Positions 12,501-24,557 of a stretch of 64,000 nucleotides of DNA are shown here, in pieces. The notes beneath the pieces are model-generated. The model worked only from the letters and a program-made list of their open reading frames with translations. It made no database searches and was not told the DNA's origin. Made by a program: the position numbers and the translations under genes. The stretch's first letter is position 1, and each line of letters opens with the position of its first letter. Source of the DNA: Thraustochytrium aureum (lineage: Eukaryota); assembly GCA_012862495.1 (NCBI GenBank), contig BLSG01000132.1:1-64000 (forward strand), written 5' to 3'.

Positions 12501-15244
12501 CGCGGCAAGCATCAAGCTTGCTCAGGAGCTCCTTGAGGCCAAACGTGGCCCTCGCCGAGGGTTGCCCCGCCGAGCTCTCCCGCTCGCCGCCCTCCAACTT
12601 GACGGCCCTGGAGATCGCATGTGGGTCAATCATTGACGTTTCAGCCTCGGCGGTTGAAGCAGCGTCTACCGCCAGATCAACCTCCATTCGTGCTTCGCCC
12701 GCTTCCAGCTCGGCCTCGAGGTTGGGCTTGTGCTCTTCATTCGCGGCTCAAGGTCTGGCTTTGGCTTACTCGCCCCCTCTCAACCTCCATGCCTGAATCG
12801 CTCGCTTGATCCGACTCCGCCGCAGGCGGCTTTTCAGGCGCTGCTTCCCCATCACCAGAGACAGCCGCCAAGCCGTTCATGGGCTCCAGCAACTCGGCTT
12901 GAACGTTGGGGCCCTCCAGTTCGGCAGCCTCCGGCTGCATAGCGTGTCGCAGCATCTCAGCGAGCTCCGCTCGAAGCGGAACTAGGCTCGCCTCGGTCTC
13001 CCGCATCGCCTCGAGGTACTTGTCCAAGTCGACGGGNNNNNNNNNNNNNNNNNNNNNNNNNNNNNNNNNNNNNNNNNNNNNNNNNNNNNNNNNNNNNNNN
13101 NNNNNNNNNNNNNNNNNNNNNNNNNNNNNNNNNNNNNNNNNNNNNNNNNNNNNNNNNNNNNNNNNNNNNNNNNNNNNNNNNNNNNNNNNNNNNNNNNNNN
13201 NNNNNNNCATCGCCTCGAGGTACTTGTCCAAGTCGACGGGCATGGCCTTTCCCTCCTCGTAAAGGCGGGCAAACGCCTCAAATTCCACTCGATCCGCAGC
13301 GGCGAACGGCTCGTTTGTCTTGCGCTTGTGCTTGGCGCGTTTTCGCTTCTTTTTGCCGCTTTTCGCAGTGCCGACGGGGTCTTCCTCTAGGCGACACAGG
13401 AGGGCGGCCTGCGTGATCCAGTTCTGGGCTGCCGTGATGACGTGCCGCACCATCAACTCGGCAACGCTGAGCGCTTTGCTCGGAACCGCCGGGGGGCGCG
13501 ACAACGCCGCGATGTCTTTTTTCAGCGCCGAGAGACGGGTCTGCAATCGCACGAGGTGTCCCAGTTGCGACTTTGAGGCGGCACCTGCCGCTTCTGCCTC
13601 GGGCGCAGGGGCTAGTCCCGACGGCCAGGAACCCTTCGGTGCGACCGGGCCGAGAAGCTGTTCTACGCTTGCGATGGCCTCCTTGGCCTCAATATGCGCC
13701 AGCAGGAGGGTCTCCTCCTCCATGAGGACAGGAATGTTGTCGACAAGGTCGAGGATCTCGCGCAGCGAGACCACATCGATCGAGTCCGCATCGGCGGTCG
13801 CGGAGCGAACTTTCGTCTTCCAATTGTCTGCCTCCTCCAACAATATCTCCATCTCCCTGACGTCTTCCGGTGTGATGCCAATGAGCGCGGCCTCGTCTTT
13901 CAGCGAGCGCAGCGTCTCGATCTCCAGCTTTTCCACCTCAGCCTTGCCGCGCGTCTTGCCCGGCCGCGGTACGGCGTTCTTGACCTTGGCAATGCACTCT
14001 TGCACGCGTTTGAGCTGCTCGTCCAGTTTTGCACGCTCCTCGCTGATGTTGACTGGGATAAACTCTACCTCCTTGAGGAGATCGAGGAGCTCGCGCACTT
14101 CAGCGGCGTTGCTGAGCGCCTCATTCATGCGTGCCACCCAGTCCTCTGCCAAGCCTATGTAGTGCTCGAGAACCCCAAGCTCCCTGAAGCCTACCGCGTG
14201 CTCTCGGAAGCGATCCCGAGCTGCGATGAGCTCGGAGAGCTTGTGGCGCGTCCACTCACGGCCTAGGCTTGCACCGACGGCCTCGTTTGCGGCAGTGCTG
14301 CCGCCGCGCTTCCCGCCAGACCCTGCGCCAGGCCCGCTGCCCGGGCCCACATCTCGGAGCAGGGGACGAGCTTGCGAACCTCCGCCGCAAGCTTTGTCGC
14401 GATTGCCACTCGGTGCCGCAACTCGGGCAGCTCTGGAAGGTCCAGGGGCAGGCGACTCGCCCGGTCGAGTAGCTCCCTGAAGACCTTGACGTGCGTTGTA
14501 CCGTTGATTGCTGCAATCGAGTCTTTCCGGAGCGCGACGCATTCTTCGTACAGCGCTTTGACGGTGGTCTGCTCGGTGAGCTTGACACCAGCGGGGCAGG
14601 TTTGGACAAGCTCCTTGAGCTCGTCCAGCGTCCAATGCATGTCTGGCTTGATGAGAGACGTCGCGTCGTGCGCACTCGCAACCCACTCGTCAACCGCCGT
14701 AAGACGCGTTGCGAGTTGCGCAGAAAGCTCGCGAGAGAGCGCTATTATCTTTGGATCCGCCTTGTCGCGCTTGACCTTTGGAAGGACCCCCTGGAGCCCC
14801 TGTAGGACAGGGCGCGAGGGCGCGACCGGACGCCCAGTCAACGCAGCCTTGGAGGCCACCGTCCACTTCTTAAGGGAGAGGTCCGGGAGCGGGACAGAGA
14901 CGCCGATCTCGCGAAGAAACGCAGACACTTCTGCCTCGACCTCCTCTTCCTCCGCGCCGCGCCGCTCCGCACCAAACCGGGTGACGCTGTTCGCGGGTGC
15001 TTGGCTGGTGCTGCGCCTCGGCGCCCGGACTTTTCATTCTGTTCGAAGGCTTCTGCCTCCACGCCGACTCCGTGGCATGCGAGCAGAAGAAACTTGGTCC
15101 GCTCCACGTCGTAGTGGCACTTGTGCAGAAACTCCAGAGCAAGCTCGTCAGACTCGAGGGGGCGAAGCGTCACGGTTGGCTCCCCGCCATTGGCTGCAGG
15201 CGCCGCAGGGGCCGACCCGCGGCGACGTTTTTGGGTACCGTGCT
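9522..15244 (-). CDS. Large chromatin protein: ELM2-like segment, PLU-1-like helical repeats and two C-terminal PHD fingers (KDM5 C-terminus-like); gapped and frameshifted, 5' end unresolved
   Basis: PHD fingers YCLCRR..MIECAYCDEMYHLKC...YCCPRC and YCICK..MVSCDNCEGWFHGRC...YLCPIC. Repeated 'W...a...L......L..LL......PV.l.E' helical units in ORFs 9522-11003, 11065-12687, 12737-14686 and 14263-14928. ELM2-like DELALEFLHKCHYDVERTKFLL near 15100. Confidence 0.7.
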
Positions 15245-16518
15245 NNNNNNNNNNNNNNNNNNNNNNNNNNNNNNNNNNNNNNNNNNNNNNNNNNNNNNNN
15301 NNNNNNNNNNNNNNNNNNNNNNNNNNNNNNNNNNNNNNNNNNNNNNNNNNNNNNNNNNNNNNNNNNNNNNNNNNNNNNNNNNNNNNNNNNNNNNNNNNNN
15401 NNNNNNNNNNNNNNNNNNNNNNNNNNNNNNNNNNNNNNNNNNNNNNNNNNNNNNNNNNNNNNNNNNNNNNNNNNNNNNNNNNNNNNNNNNNNNNNNNNNN
15501 NNNNNNNNNNNNNNNNNNNNNNNNNNNNNNNNNNNNNNNNNNNNNNNNNNNNNNNNNNNNNNNNNNNNNNNNNNNNNNNNNNNNNNNNNNNNNNNNNNNN
15601 NNNNNNNNNNNNNNNNNNNNNNNNNNNNNNNNNNNNNNNNNNNNNNNNNNNNNNNNNNNNNNNNNNNNNNNNNNNNNNNNNNNNNNNNNNNNNNNNNNNN
15701 NNNNNNNNNNNNNNNNNNNNNNNNNNNNNNNNNNNNNNNNNNNNNNNNNNNNNNNNNNNNNNNNNNNNNNNNNNNNNNNNNNNNNNNNNNNNNNNNNNNN
15801 NNNNNNNNNNNNNNNNNNNNNNNNNNNNNNNNNNNNNNNNNNNNNNNNNNNNNNNNNNNNNNNNNNNNNNNNNNNNNNNNNNNNNNNNNNNNNNNNNNNN
15901 NNNNNNNNNNNNNNNNNNNNNNNNNNNNNNNNNNNNNNNNNNNNNNNNNNNNNNNNNNNNNNNNNNNNNNNNNNNNNNNNNNNNNNNNNNNNNNNNNNNN
16001 NNNNNNNNNNNNNNNNNNNNNNNNNNNNNNNNNNNNNNNNNNNNNNNNNNNNNNNNNNNNNNNNNNNNNNNNNNNNNNNNNNNNNNNNNNNNNNNNNNNN
16101 NNNNNNNNNNNNNNNNNNNNNNNNNNNNNNNNNNNNNNNNNNNNNNNNNNNNNNNNAGTATGGCGTCCCAGGTGCCAGAGGTTGGCGCTGCCGAGCTTTG
16201 AGGGCCTCGCGAGCGACGCGCCTGGGTTGCTCTGGCAGGGTCGGTTTACCCGTTCGGCGCCGCGAATCGGACAACGTGGTGGCCCGGCCTGGGTGCGTGA
16301 AAACGGTGTTCCGGTTGTTGATTGGTGAGTGTGGGTGGCCCGGCATCGAGCGCCGTTACCGAAAGTTGCTGCGGTGGGCCGCTCTAGGCCACTTTTTGAT
16401 ACATCTACGAACGCCAATGTGCTGCCCAGGCGAAGATTGGGCGGAAGAAGCAGCGTCCACGGCTGCCTTTGTTCTGGCTCACATTGGGCAGCGCTCTCTT
16501 GCGCTTGAGGTGGGAGGC

Positions 16519-17700
16519 TCAGAAAAACCCAAAGCACCTTGCCTTGGATTTCTTCGGCGGCAATTCGCCGTTGTTCGCGAGCTTGTAGGCCTCGATCCTC
16601 TCCTGCTCGGCCTTGTGGCGAAGCACCTTGGTCCATCGTTTCTCGCCAAGCGTAGCCTTCTGCATTCGATCCTGCAGGGAAAACGCAGGAAATAACACCA
16701 TGGGAAACCGGCGGTTGAGCTCTTTGAACTCTTCAAAGTCGATCAGACCGTCGTCGTTGCAGTCAAAGTTGCGGAAAGCCTTCATGACGCTACCAGGAAA
16801 GTGAGGCTGGGCGTTGACCTTGGTGCACATTTCGACAAACTCTGTTTCGTCCAAAGAGCCCGACCCGTCCTTGTCGAAATGGCTGAAGACGAGGTACAGG
16901 ATCTCTGCCTGGTTGTAGATGCAAAAGGTCGTGAGAACCTGCACGAACTCGGAAAACCCTATCGTGCCGCTCCCGTCCGTGTCAATAAGGCCAAAAACGG
17001 CGTCGCCAAACGCGGTCCGGTCTTGGTCGATCATTTTGAAGACTGCAAGCCAACGAGCGGCCGAGAGCAAGCGCAGCGTTAGCGGCTGCCACTTTCGCGA
17101 CCAGCACAGAAGGAAACTCACACTCGTCGATTTCGATTTCCCCGCTTTCGTCAGTGTCGACCTTGTCAAACTTTCGGCGCAAGTTAACAAGGTCCTTTTC
17201 TGCGCGTCCCCGTTCCGGATCGGTCCCACATCGAGTCAGCGAGCCGAGGACAGCTTTGCGCGGCACGCACCAGGCAGCGCATGCCACGACTTTTGCTGGC
17301 GGTTTGAAAGACTTACTGGTTAGTTTGAGGAGTTCGCACGCCTGAAGCGCTTTCCCAGTCAACGCCACACTGCCAGTTGTCAGTGAGAGGAGGTTCTTAA
17401 GCGACGGGGAGCCCTTGAGCAGCTTGCTGCCCTTCTTCGACGACCTAGCCGATCCCAGAGGAGCAACCTTGCGCGAGGATACGCGAGCGGATCCTTGCCC
17501 TTCCGATCGGTAGGATTCTGCGCGTGTGTTGCGAGGCGTCCGGCTCGTCAGTGGCTGGCTTCGAGAGGAGCCATCCCTTGCAGTTTTCGGCTGAACGTCG
17601 GTGCGCCGAGACGGCTGGCGCACGTTGCCGACGGCGGTCCCAACGCGCCGCTTTCCGCCTTCAGAAGTCACCGCCCTTTTGCTTGCTCCTGAAGTATGCG
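16519..17700 (-). CDS. Four-EF-hand calcium-binding protein (calmodulin/calcineurin-B-like) with a basic N-terminal extension; introns 17200-17316 and 17043-17121; 5' end in gap
   Basis: EF loops DTDESGEIEIDE, DTDGSGTIGFSE, DKDGSGSLDETE, DCNDDGLIDFEE. Removing GTGAGT..CAG (17121-17043) gives EIDEFFKMIDQD; removing GTAAGT..CAG (17316-17200) gives LKLTKKDLVNL. Confidence 0.85.
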
Positions 17701-18761
17701 NNNNNNNNNNNNNNNNNNNNNNNNNNNNNNNNNNNNNNNNNNNNNNNNNNNNNNNNNNNNNNNNNNNNNNNNNNNNNNNNNNNNNNNNNNNNNNNNNNNN
17801 NNNNNNNNNNNNNNNNNNNNNNNNNNNNNNNNNNNNNNNNNNNNNNNNNNNNNNNNNNNNNNNNNNNNNNNNNNNNNNNNNNNNNNNNNNNNNNNNNNNN
17901 NNNNNNNNNNNNNNNNNNNNNNNNNNNNNNNNNNNNNNNNNNNNNNNNNNNNNNNNNNNNNNNNNNNNNNNNNNNNNNNNNNNNNNNNNNNNNNNNNNNN
18001 NNNNNNNNNNNNNNNNNNNNNNNNNNNNNNNNNNNNNNNNNNNNNNNNNNNNNNNNNNNNNNNNNNNNNNNNNNNNNNNNNNNNNNNNNNNNNNNNNNNN
18101 NNNNNNNNNNNNNNNNNNNNNNNNNNNNNNNNNNNNNNNNNNNNNNNNNNNNNNNNNNNNNNNNNNNNNNNNNNNNNNNNNNNNNNNNNNNNNNNNNNNN
18201 NNNNNNNNNNNNNNNNNNNNNNNNNNNNNNNNNNNNNNNNNNNNNNNNNNNNNNNNNNNNNNNNNNNNNNNNNNNNNNNNNNNNNNNNNNNNNNNNNNNN
18301 NNNNNNNNNNNNNNNNNNNNNNNNNNNNNNNNNNNNNNNNNNNNNNNNNNNNNNNNNNNNNNNNNNNNNNNNNNNNNNNNNNNNNNNNNNNNNNNNNNNN
18401 NNNNNNNNNNNNNNNNNNNNNNNNNNNNNNNNNNNNNNNNNNNNNNNNNNNNNNNNNNNNNNNNNNNNNNNNNNNNNNNNNNNNNNNNNNNNNNNNNNNN
18501 NNNNNNNNNNNNNNNNNNNNNNNNNNNNNNNNNNNNNNNNNNNNNNNNNNNNNNNNNNNNNNNNNNNNNNNNNNNNNNNNNNNNNNNNNNNNNNNNNNNN
18601 NNNNNNNNNNNNNNNNNNNNNNNNNNNNNNNNNNNNNNNNNNNNNNNNNNNNNNNCGCTGTTCGGCCCGCTCGTGGCGCCAGTGCCGGACCGGGAAGGCG
18701 AGAACGGGAACGGTCGTCGCGTGCGGCGGAGCAGGTTTTGTTTTGAAAAGGGCGCCGGAGC

Positions 18762-21700
18762 ATGGAGTCGCCGCTCTCGACGGGAACAGGGACGGCGATG
18801 GCGGCAGAAGCGCCCACGGGAGACTGGCAGGGAGGGCGCGAAGATACCCTGCTGAGCGAGAGGATGCGCGAGCTGGACCAGCTTGTCGTGGACAGGTACG
18901 ACACCGGTCGCTCACCTGTTGCGCCGCCTTTGGGCGCCTACCTGGAACGGTACTCGAGCGCAAAGAAAGGGCGCCGTGGAGGTGCTTTTCAGGTGGGCGA
19001 TGTTACAGCCGAGCTCTTTGCTGACGACTTTCAGGCCGGCCAGTTTTCGCTGGACGCGTCGATCGGATCCAACGCGTGGGGCTGGGGCACCTTGCGCGGC
19101 GCAGCGCCGAGGAAAACCTCGGACGCCTCCAGCGTCCCAGAGCAAGCCGCGCTAGACAGCAGCAAGGACAGCGCAGGCCTTTCGCGCGGCAGCCATCACG
19201 GGAGCAGCAAGTCGCCGTGGACGCCTCCGACTTGCAAGAAGCCGTTCTCGCCACGTACACCGACGACGCCGCTCGGAACGACGCCTAGCAGCCACGGGCC
19301 ACAGCACGAGAGCGATGGCGTCAATCGGTCGCGGCTCTCGCTTTCGCCCGCGCTACGGGACGAGTCGGCGAGGCTTGTCCAAGAACAGGTCCAGCGGGTA
19401 CATGCAGTCCGCGCAGAGTCGCAGGCCAAAGACGAAGCGCTGCTAGCCCTGCGGCGCCTGAATGAAGCGCTCGAACTGGACAGGGCGCGAGCNNNNNNNN
19501 NNNNNNNNNNNNNNNNNNNNNNNNNNNNNNNNNNNNNNNNNNNNNNNNNNNNNNNNNNNNNNNNNNNNNNNNNNNNNNNNNNNNNNNNNNNNNNNNNNNN
19601 NNCGAGCAAATCAGTGCGCTCGAGCGGGAGAAGCGCGCCCTCGAAGGCCGCGTCAGCGCCGCGACTGAGCAGCTAGAAACACTAGAAAACGAGCGCGAGG
19701 GCCTCGAGTGCTTGCACGCGGCCCAGCGCCGCGACTGGAACGCCCAAACTGAGCGCCTCCAAGCCGACCTGGCACAAGCCAAGGCAGCCGAACGTAGCGT
19801 TGCGGAGCGCCTTCTTCTGTCAGAGGAGGCGCAAAGCGTGGCGCGCGACACTGCGGCGCGGCTCGCGGACACAAGAGACGAGCTGAAACGCGTGGTTGCA
19901 CAGCGCGTCGAAGCGCAGGAGGCGGCCGACCGCGCCGAGGCGGCCCTTCGCCGCGAGCGCGAAGACCGCCGGGACGACGACAAGCTTCTAGCCTTGGCAG
20001 AGGAGCGAGCCGCCACGTTGGCGGCGCAGCTTGAGCTAGTCGTGGCGGGCAACGGCGCGCTTCAGGACCGGCTCCGGCAAGGCGAGGCCGTCGCTGCTGA
20101 CCTTGCTGCGGCGCGACAGCAGGTCCATGCTAGGGATCAGACTGTCGCTCGACTCGAGTCGGAGCTTGGCGCTGCGCGAGACTCGCTCGCGCAGAGCCAG
20201 CAGCACCTAGAGGCTTGGTCTAGCGCAGCGCAGTCGCTGCACTTCGCCATCGCGTCGTGCTGCACTTGGGCAAGCCAGGGCGGTTCCCGAAGCGGGCCCT
20301 CGCCGGCCGAGGCCCCGGAGCAGGTGCCCGCCCCAGCCTCCGCCCAGTCTTTGGCTCGTTAGACGCCTTGAGCCGGGTCGTTTGGCAGCTCAGGCAGCGC
20401 TCTGCTGGCCTCGAAGGCGCCGTGGAGGAGGAACGGTCGCGGTCTGCCGAGGCAGAAAAGACCACGATTCGGCTCAAGTCGCGCCTGGGCCGCCTCGAGC
20501 TGAACCGTTCCGAGCTGCGCGACGCCCTCAAGTCGCGCGAAGGCCGCGTGATGGAGCTTGGCGAGGCCTTGGAGGCGTCCAACCATGCTCTTGATGCGAT
20601 GCGCCGCGAGCTCGAGAGCGAGAGGCACGAGTTCTCGCGGCGCACACAGGCCATCCGGCGATTGATACTGCGTTCGCTGCCCCCAGGGGACCTCGAGGAG
20701 TGCGGGCATGGCGTTGCGGTGTCCGAGGGCGATGGCCTGCTTGTAGGGGCTCTCGAGGAGCTCGTCGCGCGCCTGTGCCGCCTCGCAGAGGCCCGGGGCC
20801 TTGTCGTGAGCCCGCGCGCCGGCGCCACAACGATGACCTGGTGCAGCGCGTAGCTACAAAGTCTACTAGTACGGGGCCGCTCGACCTGGAGGACCGCGAA
20901 GCGTGGGCGGCTGCTGGGGATTGGGCGCGCGTCGCAGCGGTCCTTGGCAGGGGCTTTTGCGCCGCATGGGTNNNNNNNNNNNNNNNNNNNNNNNNNNNNN
21001 NNNNNNNNNNNNNNNNNNNNNNNNNNNNNNNNNNNNNNNNNNNNNNNNNNNNNNNNNNNNNNNNNNNNNNNNNNNNNNNNNNNNNNNNNNNNNNNNNNNN
21101 NNNNNNNNNNNNNNNNNNNNNNNNNNNNNNNNNNNNNNNNNNNNNNNNNNNNNNNNNNNNNNNNNNNNNNNNNNNNNNNNNNNNNNNNNNNNNNNNNNNN
21201 NNNNNNNNNNNNNNNNNNNNNNNNNNNNNNNNNNNNNNNNNNNNNNNNNNNNNNNNNNNNNNNNNNNNNNNNNNNNNNNNNNNNNNNNNNNNNNNNNNNN
21301 NNNNNNNNNNNNNNNNNNNNNNNNNNNNNNNNNNNNNNNNNNNNNNNNNNNNNNNNNNNNNNNNNNNNNNNNNNNNNNNNNNNNNNNNNNNNNNNNNNNN
21401 NNNNNNNNNNNNNNNNNNNNNNNNNNNNNNNNNNNNNNNNNNNNNNNNNNNNNNNNNNNNNNNNNNNNNNNNNNNNNNNNNNNNNNNNNNNNNNNNNNNN
21501 NNNNCGCGCGCGGGCCGGCGCGATCACGTCGTTGTGCAGCGCAAGGGCGTGGCGGTTACTTGCAAGGTGGACGGTATTTCGGAGTCCCTCGCGCCTCGCG
21601 CGTGGGAGTACGACAGCCCGGCCCGCGCGGCCCAGGCAAGGCGAGTTCGGGCCGTGTTAGACGAGGCGCGGCCCTCGGACAGCGGTTTTCCGTGGAGCCT

Positions 21701-22250
21701 CCTTGAGGTTGCCGTGGGGGCGCGCGCGGTCGGCGAAGCGCTTGACCTGGAATGCTCCAGCTCGACCCGAGCGCCGGGTACGCCAACAGTCTTGGCTCGC
21801 TGGCAAGGGTCGCCAGTGGGTGCCGAGGTGACTGCAGCTCTGGCAGCTGTCCAGGCAATTAAAGACAGGCGGGCGGCGCTCGTTGAGGGCACGGCCAAGG
21901 CGGCGGCGGGTCTCGGGGCGGGACCAGGCCCCCTCCCTTCAAGATCTGGTAGTGCGACTGCCGCGGGGTTCGACGCGCACTTGGATGCAGCGGGGCGCCG
22001 CATTGTTGACGTGCAAGAGCGTCAGCAGCGCGGAGCTGACCTTGCAACACCTAGACTTTGGGGCGGCGGCGTTGGGGCGCCAACGTCTGCGCCAAAGCCG
22101 AGCGGCGAGTCTCGCCTTGCGAGCACCCCCAGACCGTCGTCGGCGCCGGATGAGTCGCTTGATGCGCTGCGGCGCGAGAAGCAACAGGCGGAGGAACAGC
22201 TTGAGCTCGCGTTCCGCCGGCTGAGCGGTGCGCTCGCAGAGCCGCAGTGA
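18762..22250 (+). CDS. Long coiled-coil protein of unknown function (fragmented by gaps and frameshifts)
   Basis: Successive + strand ORFs (18762-19492, 19603-20362, 20257-20853, 21505-22250) with heptad-rich E/R/L/A/Q sequence. Merging the overlapping flanks of gap 19493-19602 gives LDRAREQISALEREKRALE. Confidence 0.55.
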
Positions 22251-22282
22251 TGCAAGTGGTGATGCAAGTGGTGATGCAAGTG
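22247..22282. repeat. 12-bp tandem repeat (GTGATGCAAGTG) x3
   Basis: Three perfect copies; the first overlaps the TGA stop of the coiled-coil gene. Confidence 0.9.
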
Positions 22283-22454
22283 TACTCTCACAACTCCGTC
22301 TCTGTCTCAATCACGAGCTAGAGAGAGAGGCGAGCGCGCCAGCCCGAGCCGGCGCGCAGCGGAAACGAAAGATTGTATGTAAGAAAGAAATTGGATTTGC
22401 GGGCCAGTCCCCCCGGGAGCGGCGCAGCAGAGCACACGGTGCTGTGCGCAGCAC

Positions 22455-23219
22455 TTAGTCCTTCTCCTCGCCGTCCGAAGTCCAGAGGGTCAGGTTGTCG
22501 CGGAGAAGCTGCATAATGAGGGTGGCGTCCTTGTAAGACTCCTCCTGGAGCGAGTCGAGCTCAGCAATGGCGCTGTCGAAGGCCTTCTTGGCGAGGTCGC
22601 AGGCCTGCTCCTGCTCGGCGAGGATCTCGTAGTAAAACACGGAAAGGTTGAGCGCGAGGCCGAGGCGGATCGGGTGCGTGGGGGGGAGGCCCTCCTCGGG
22701 GTCCTCGGCGATCTGCTGGGCCTGCTTGTACGAGTCAAGGGCGGCCTCGGCACAGTCGCGGCGCATCTCGTCGAGCTTGAACTCGGCCAGGTAGCGGTGG
22801 TAGTCGCCGCTCATCTTGTAGTAGAACACCTGCGACTCGGCCTTCTCGGAGCCCTTCATCTTCTCGGCCTGCGGGATCAAGTTCTCCTTGATGATGCTCA
22901 GGATCTCGTCGCAGACCTCGTCGAGCTCGTTCTCGACCTTCTTGCGGTAGGCGGAGACCTTGTTCACCTTGCCGTCATCGCCCTTCATTTTCTCCTTGGC
23001 CTCGATCGAGGAGAGAACGCGCCAGCTCGCGCGGCGGGCGCCGATCACGTTCTTGTACGCCACGCTCAGCAAGTTGCGCTCCTCCACCGAGAGCTCCTGG
23101 TCGCCCTTGGCGACAGCCTTCATGTACAGGACCATGTCGTCGTACCGCTCCGCCTGCTCAGCGAGGCGCGCATGGTACACGCAGTCGTCCCTGCTCAGGT
23201 CGCCGATGTAGGCCTCCAT
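22455..23219 (-). CDS. 14-3-3 protein
   Basis: [67 protein letters not shown] at 23219. Strong codon bias suggests high expression. Confidence 0.98.
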   Translation of the reverse strand: MEAYIGDLSRDDCVYHARLAEQAERYDDMVLYMKAVAKGDQELSVEERNLLSVAYKNVIGARRASWRVLSSIEAKEKMKGDDGKVNKVSAYRKKVENELDEVCDEILSIIKENLIPQAEKMKGSEKAESQVFYYKMSGDYHRYLAEFKLDEMRRDCAEAALDSYKQAQQIAEDPEEGLPPTHPIRLGLALNLSVFYYEILAEQEQACDLAKKAFDSAIAELDSLQEESYKDATLIMQLLRDNLTLWTSDGEEKD

Positions 23220-23936
23220 TTCCACTGACTCTCCTTCTCCTGTTCAACGCACTTCTTTCCTCTTCTGCCCGCGCGTCAGCCCCAGTGCCCTCGCGCTCCG
23301 CCTTCCTTCACCTAACCGCCACCACCTTTTCCACCGTCCGCGCCAGCGCCGNNNNNNNNNNNNNNNNNNNNNNNNNNNNNNNNNNNNNNNNNNNNNNNNN
23401 NNNNNNNNNNNNNNNNNNNNNNNNNNNNNNNNNNNNNNNNNNNNNNNNNNNNNNNNNNNNNNNNNNNNNNNNNNNNNNNNNNNNNNNNNNNNNNNNNNNN
23501 NNNNNNNNNNNNNNNNNNNNNNNNNNNNNNNNNNNNNNNNNNNNNNNNNNNNNNNNNNNNNNNNNNNNNNNNNNNNNNNNNNNNNNNNNNNNNNNNNNNN
23601 NNNNNNNNNNNNNNNNNNNNNNNNNNNNNNNNNNNNNNNNNNNNNNNNNNNNNNNNNNNNNNNNNNNNNNNNNNNNNNNNNNNNNNNNNNNNNNNNNNNN
23701 NNNNNNNNNNNNNNNNNNNNNNNNNNNNNNNNNNNNNNNNNNNNNNNNNNNNNNNNNNNNNNNNNNNNNNNNNNNNNNNNNNNNNNNNNNNNNNNNNNNN
23801 NNNNNNNNNNNNNNNNNNNNNNNNNNNNNNNNNNNNNNNNNNNNNNNNNNNNNNNNNNNNNNNNNNNNNNNNNNNNNNNNNNNNNNNNNNNNNNNNNNNN
23901 NNNNNNNNNNNNNNNNNNNNNNNNNNNNNNNNNNNA

Positions 23937-23991
23937 CCGACCCTAACCGACCCTAGCGGACCCTAGCGAACCCTAACAGACCCTAACCGAC
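23937..23991. repeat. Degenerate 10-bp tandem repeat containing CCCTAA/CCCTAG (telomere-like)
   Basis: accga|ccctaaccga|ccctagcgga|ccctagcgaa|ccctaacaga|ccctaaccga, directly abutting gap 23352-23936. Confidence 0.8.
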
Positions 23992-24557
23992 ACTTGCCAA
24001 CGCGCGGTCGAGGAGGTTGCCGTCGTCGTTCTTGGCTGCGACGGTGGGCAGACGGGCCTGCTGCGGCCGGCCAACCGCCAGCTGTCAGCCGTGCTGTGTT
24101 TCACTCGTTTGAGTTGTAGCGTGGAGCTTCACACGTCAATGGCCTGGCGCATGTCGTCGGCGCACCTGGCCACTTCATGCACGCAGAGTTCCGTTGGGGG
24201 CTATCCGTTCGATGGTCGTGGCGCTGCATGGTTTGCGGCAGTGTCAAGGCCCCTTGTCGGACCGGCTCAAGCAATTGACAGAGCGCGCCAAGCCACACGG
24301 AGAGACGGGCGCGGCGGGGCGCATCGCAGGTCGTTGTCGGCTGAGAGCCGAGTGAGAGGGCGCGCGGGGCGCGTGGGGCTTTGAGCCTGGTTTTCTTCGG
24401 CAAGGGCTGCGGAGGTCGGGCTCGGCGCGGCCGACGCGCTTGCCAAAGCAAGCGCAGGTCCTGAAGAGCGCGCCGATAGGTGCAGAAAAGGCAGCCACAC
24501 GGGCGGTGCCCCAGGCCTGCTGGCTGGCTTGCCGGCCGGCCCAGCTGAGCAAGAGGA

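Noticed and set aside
14372..16695. Long ORFs spanning N runs (also 16982-19024, 44925-46614, 37639-39657)
   Set aside because: Their length comes from translating Ns, or they are antisense shadows of real genes in GC-rich DNA.
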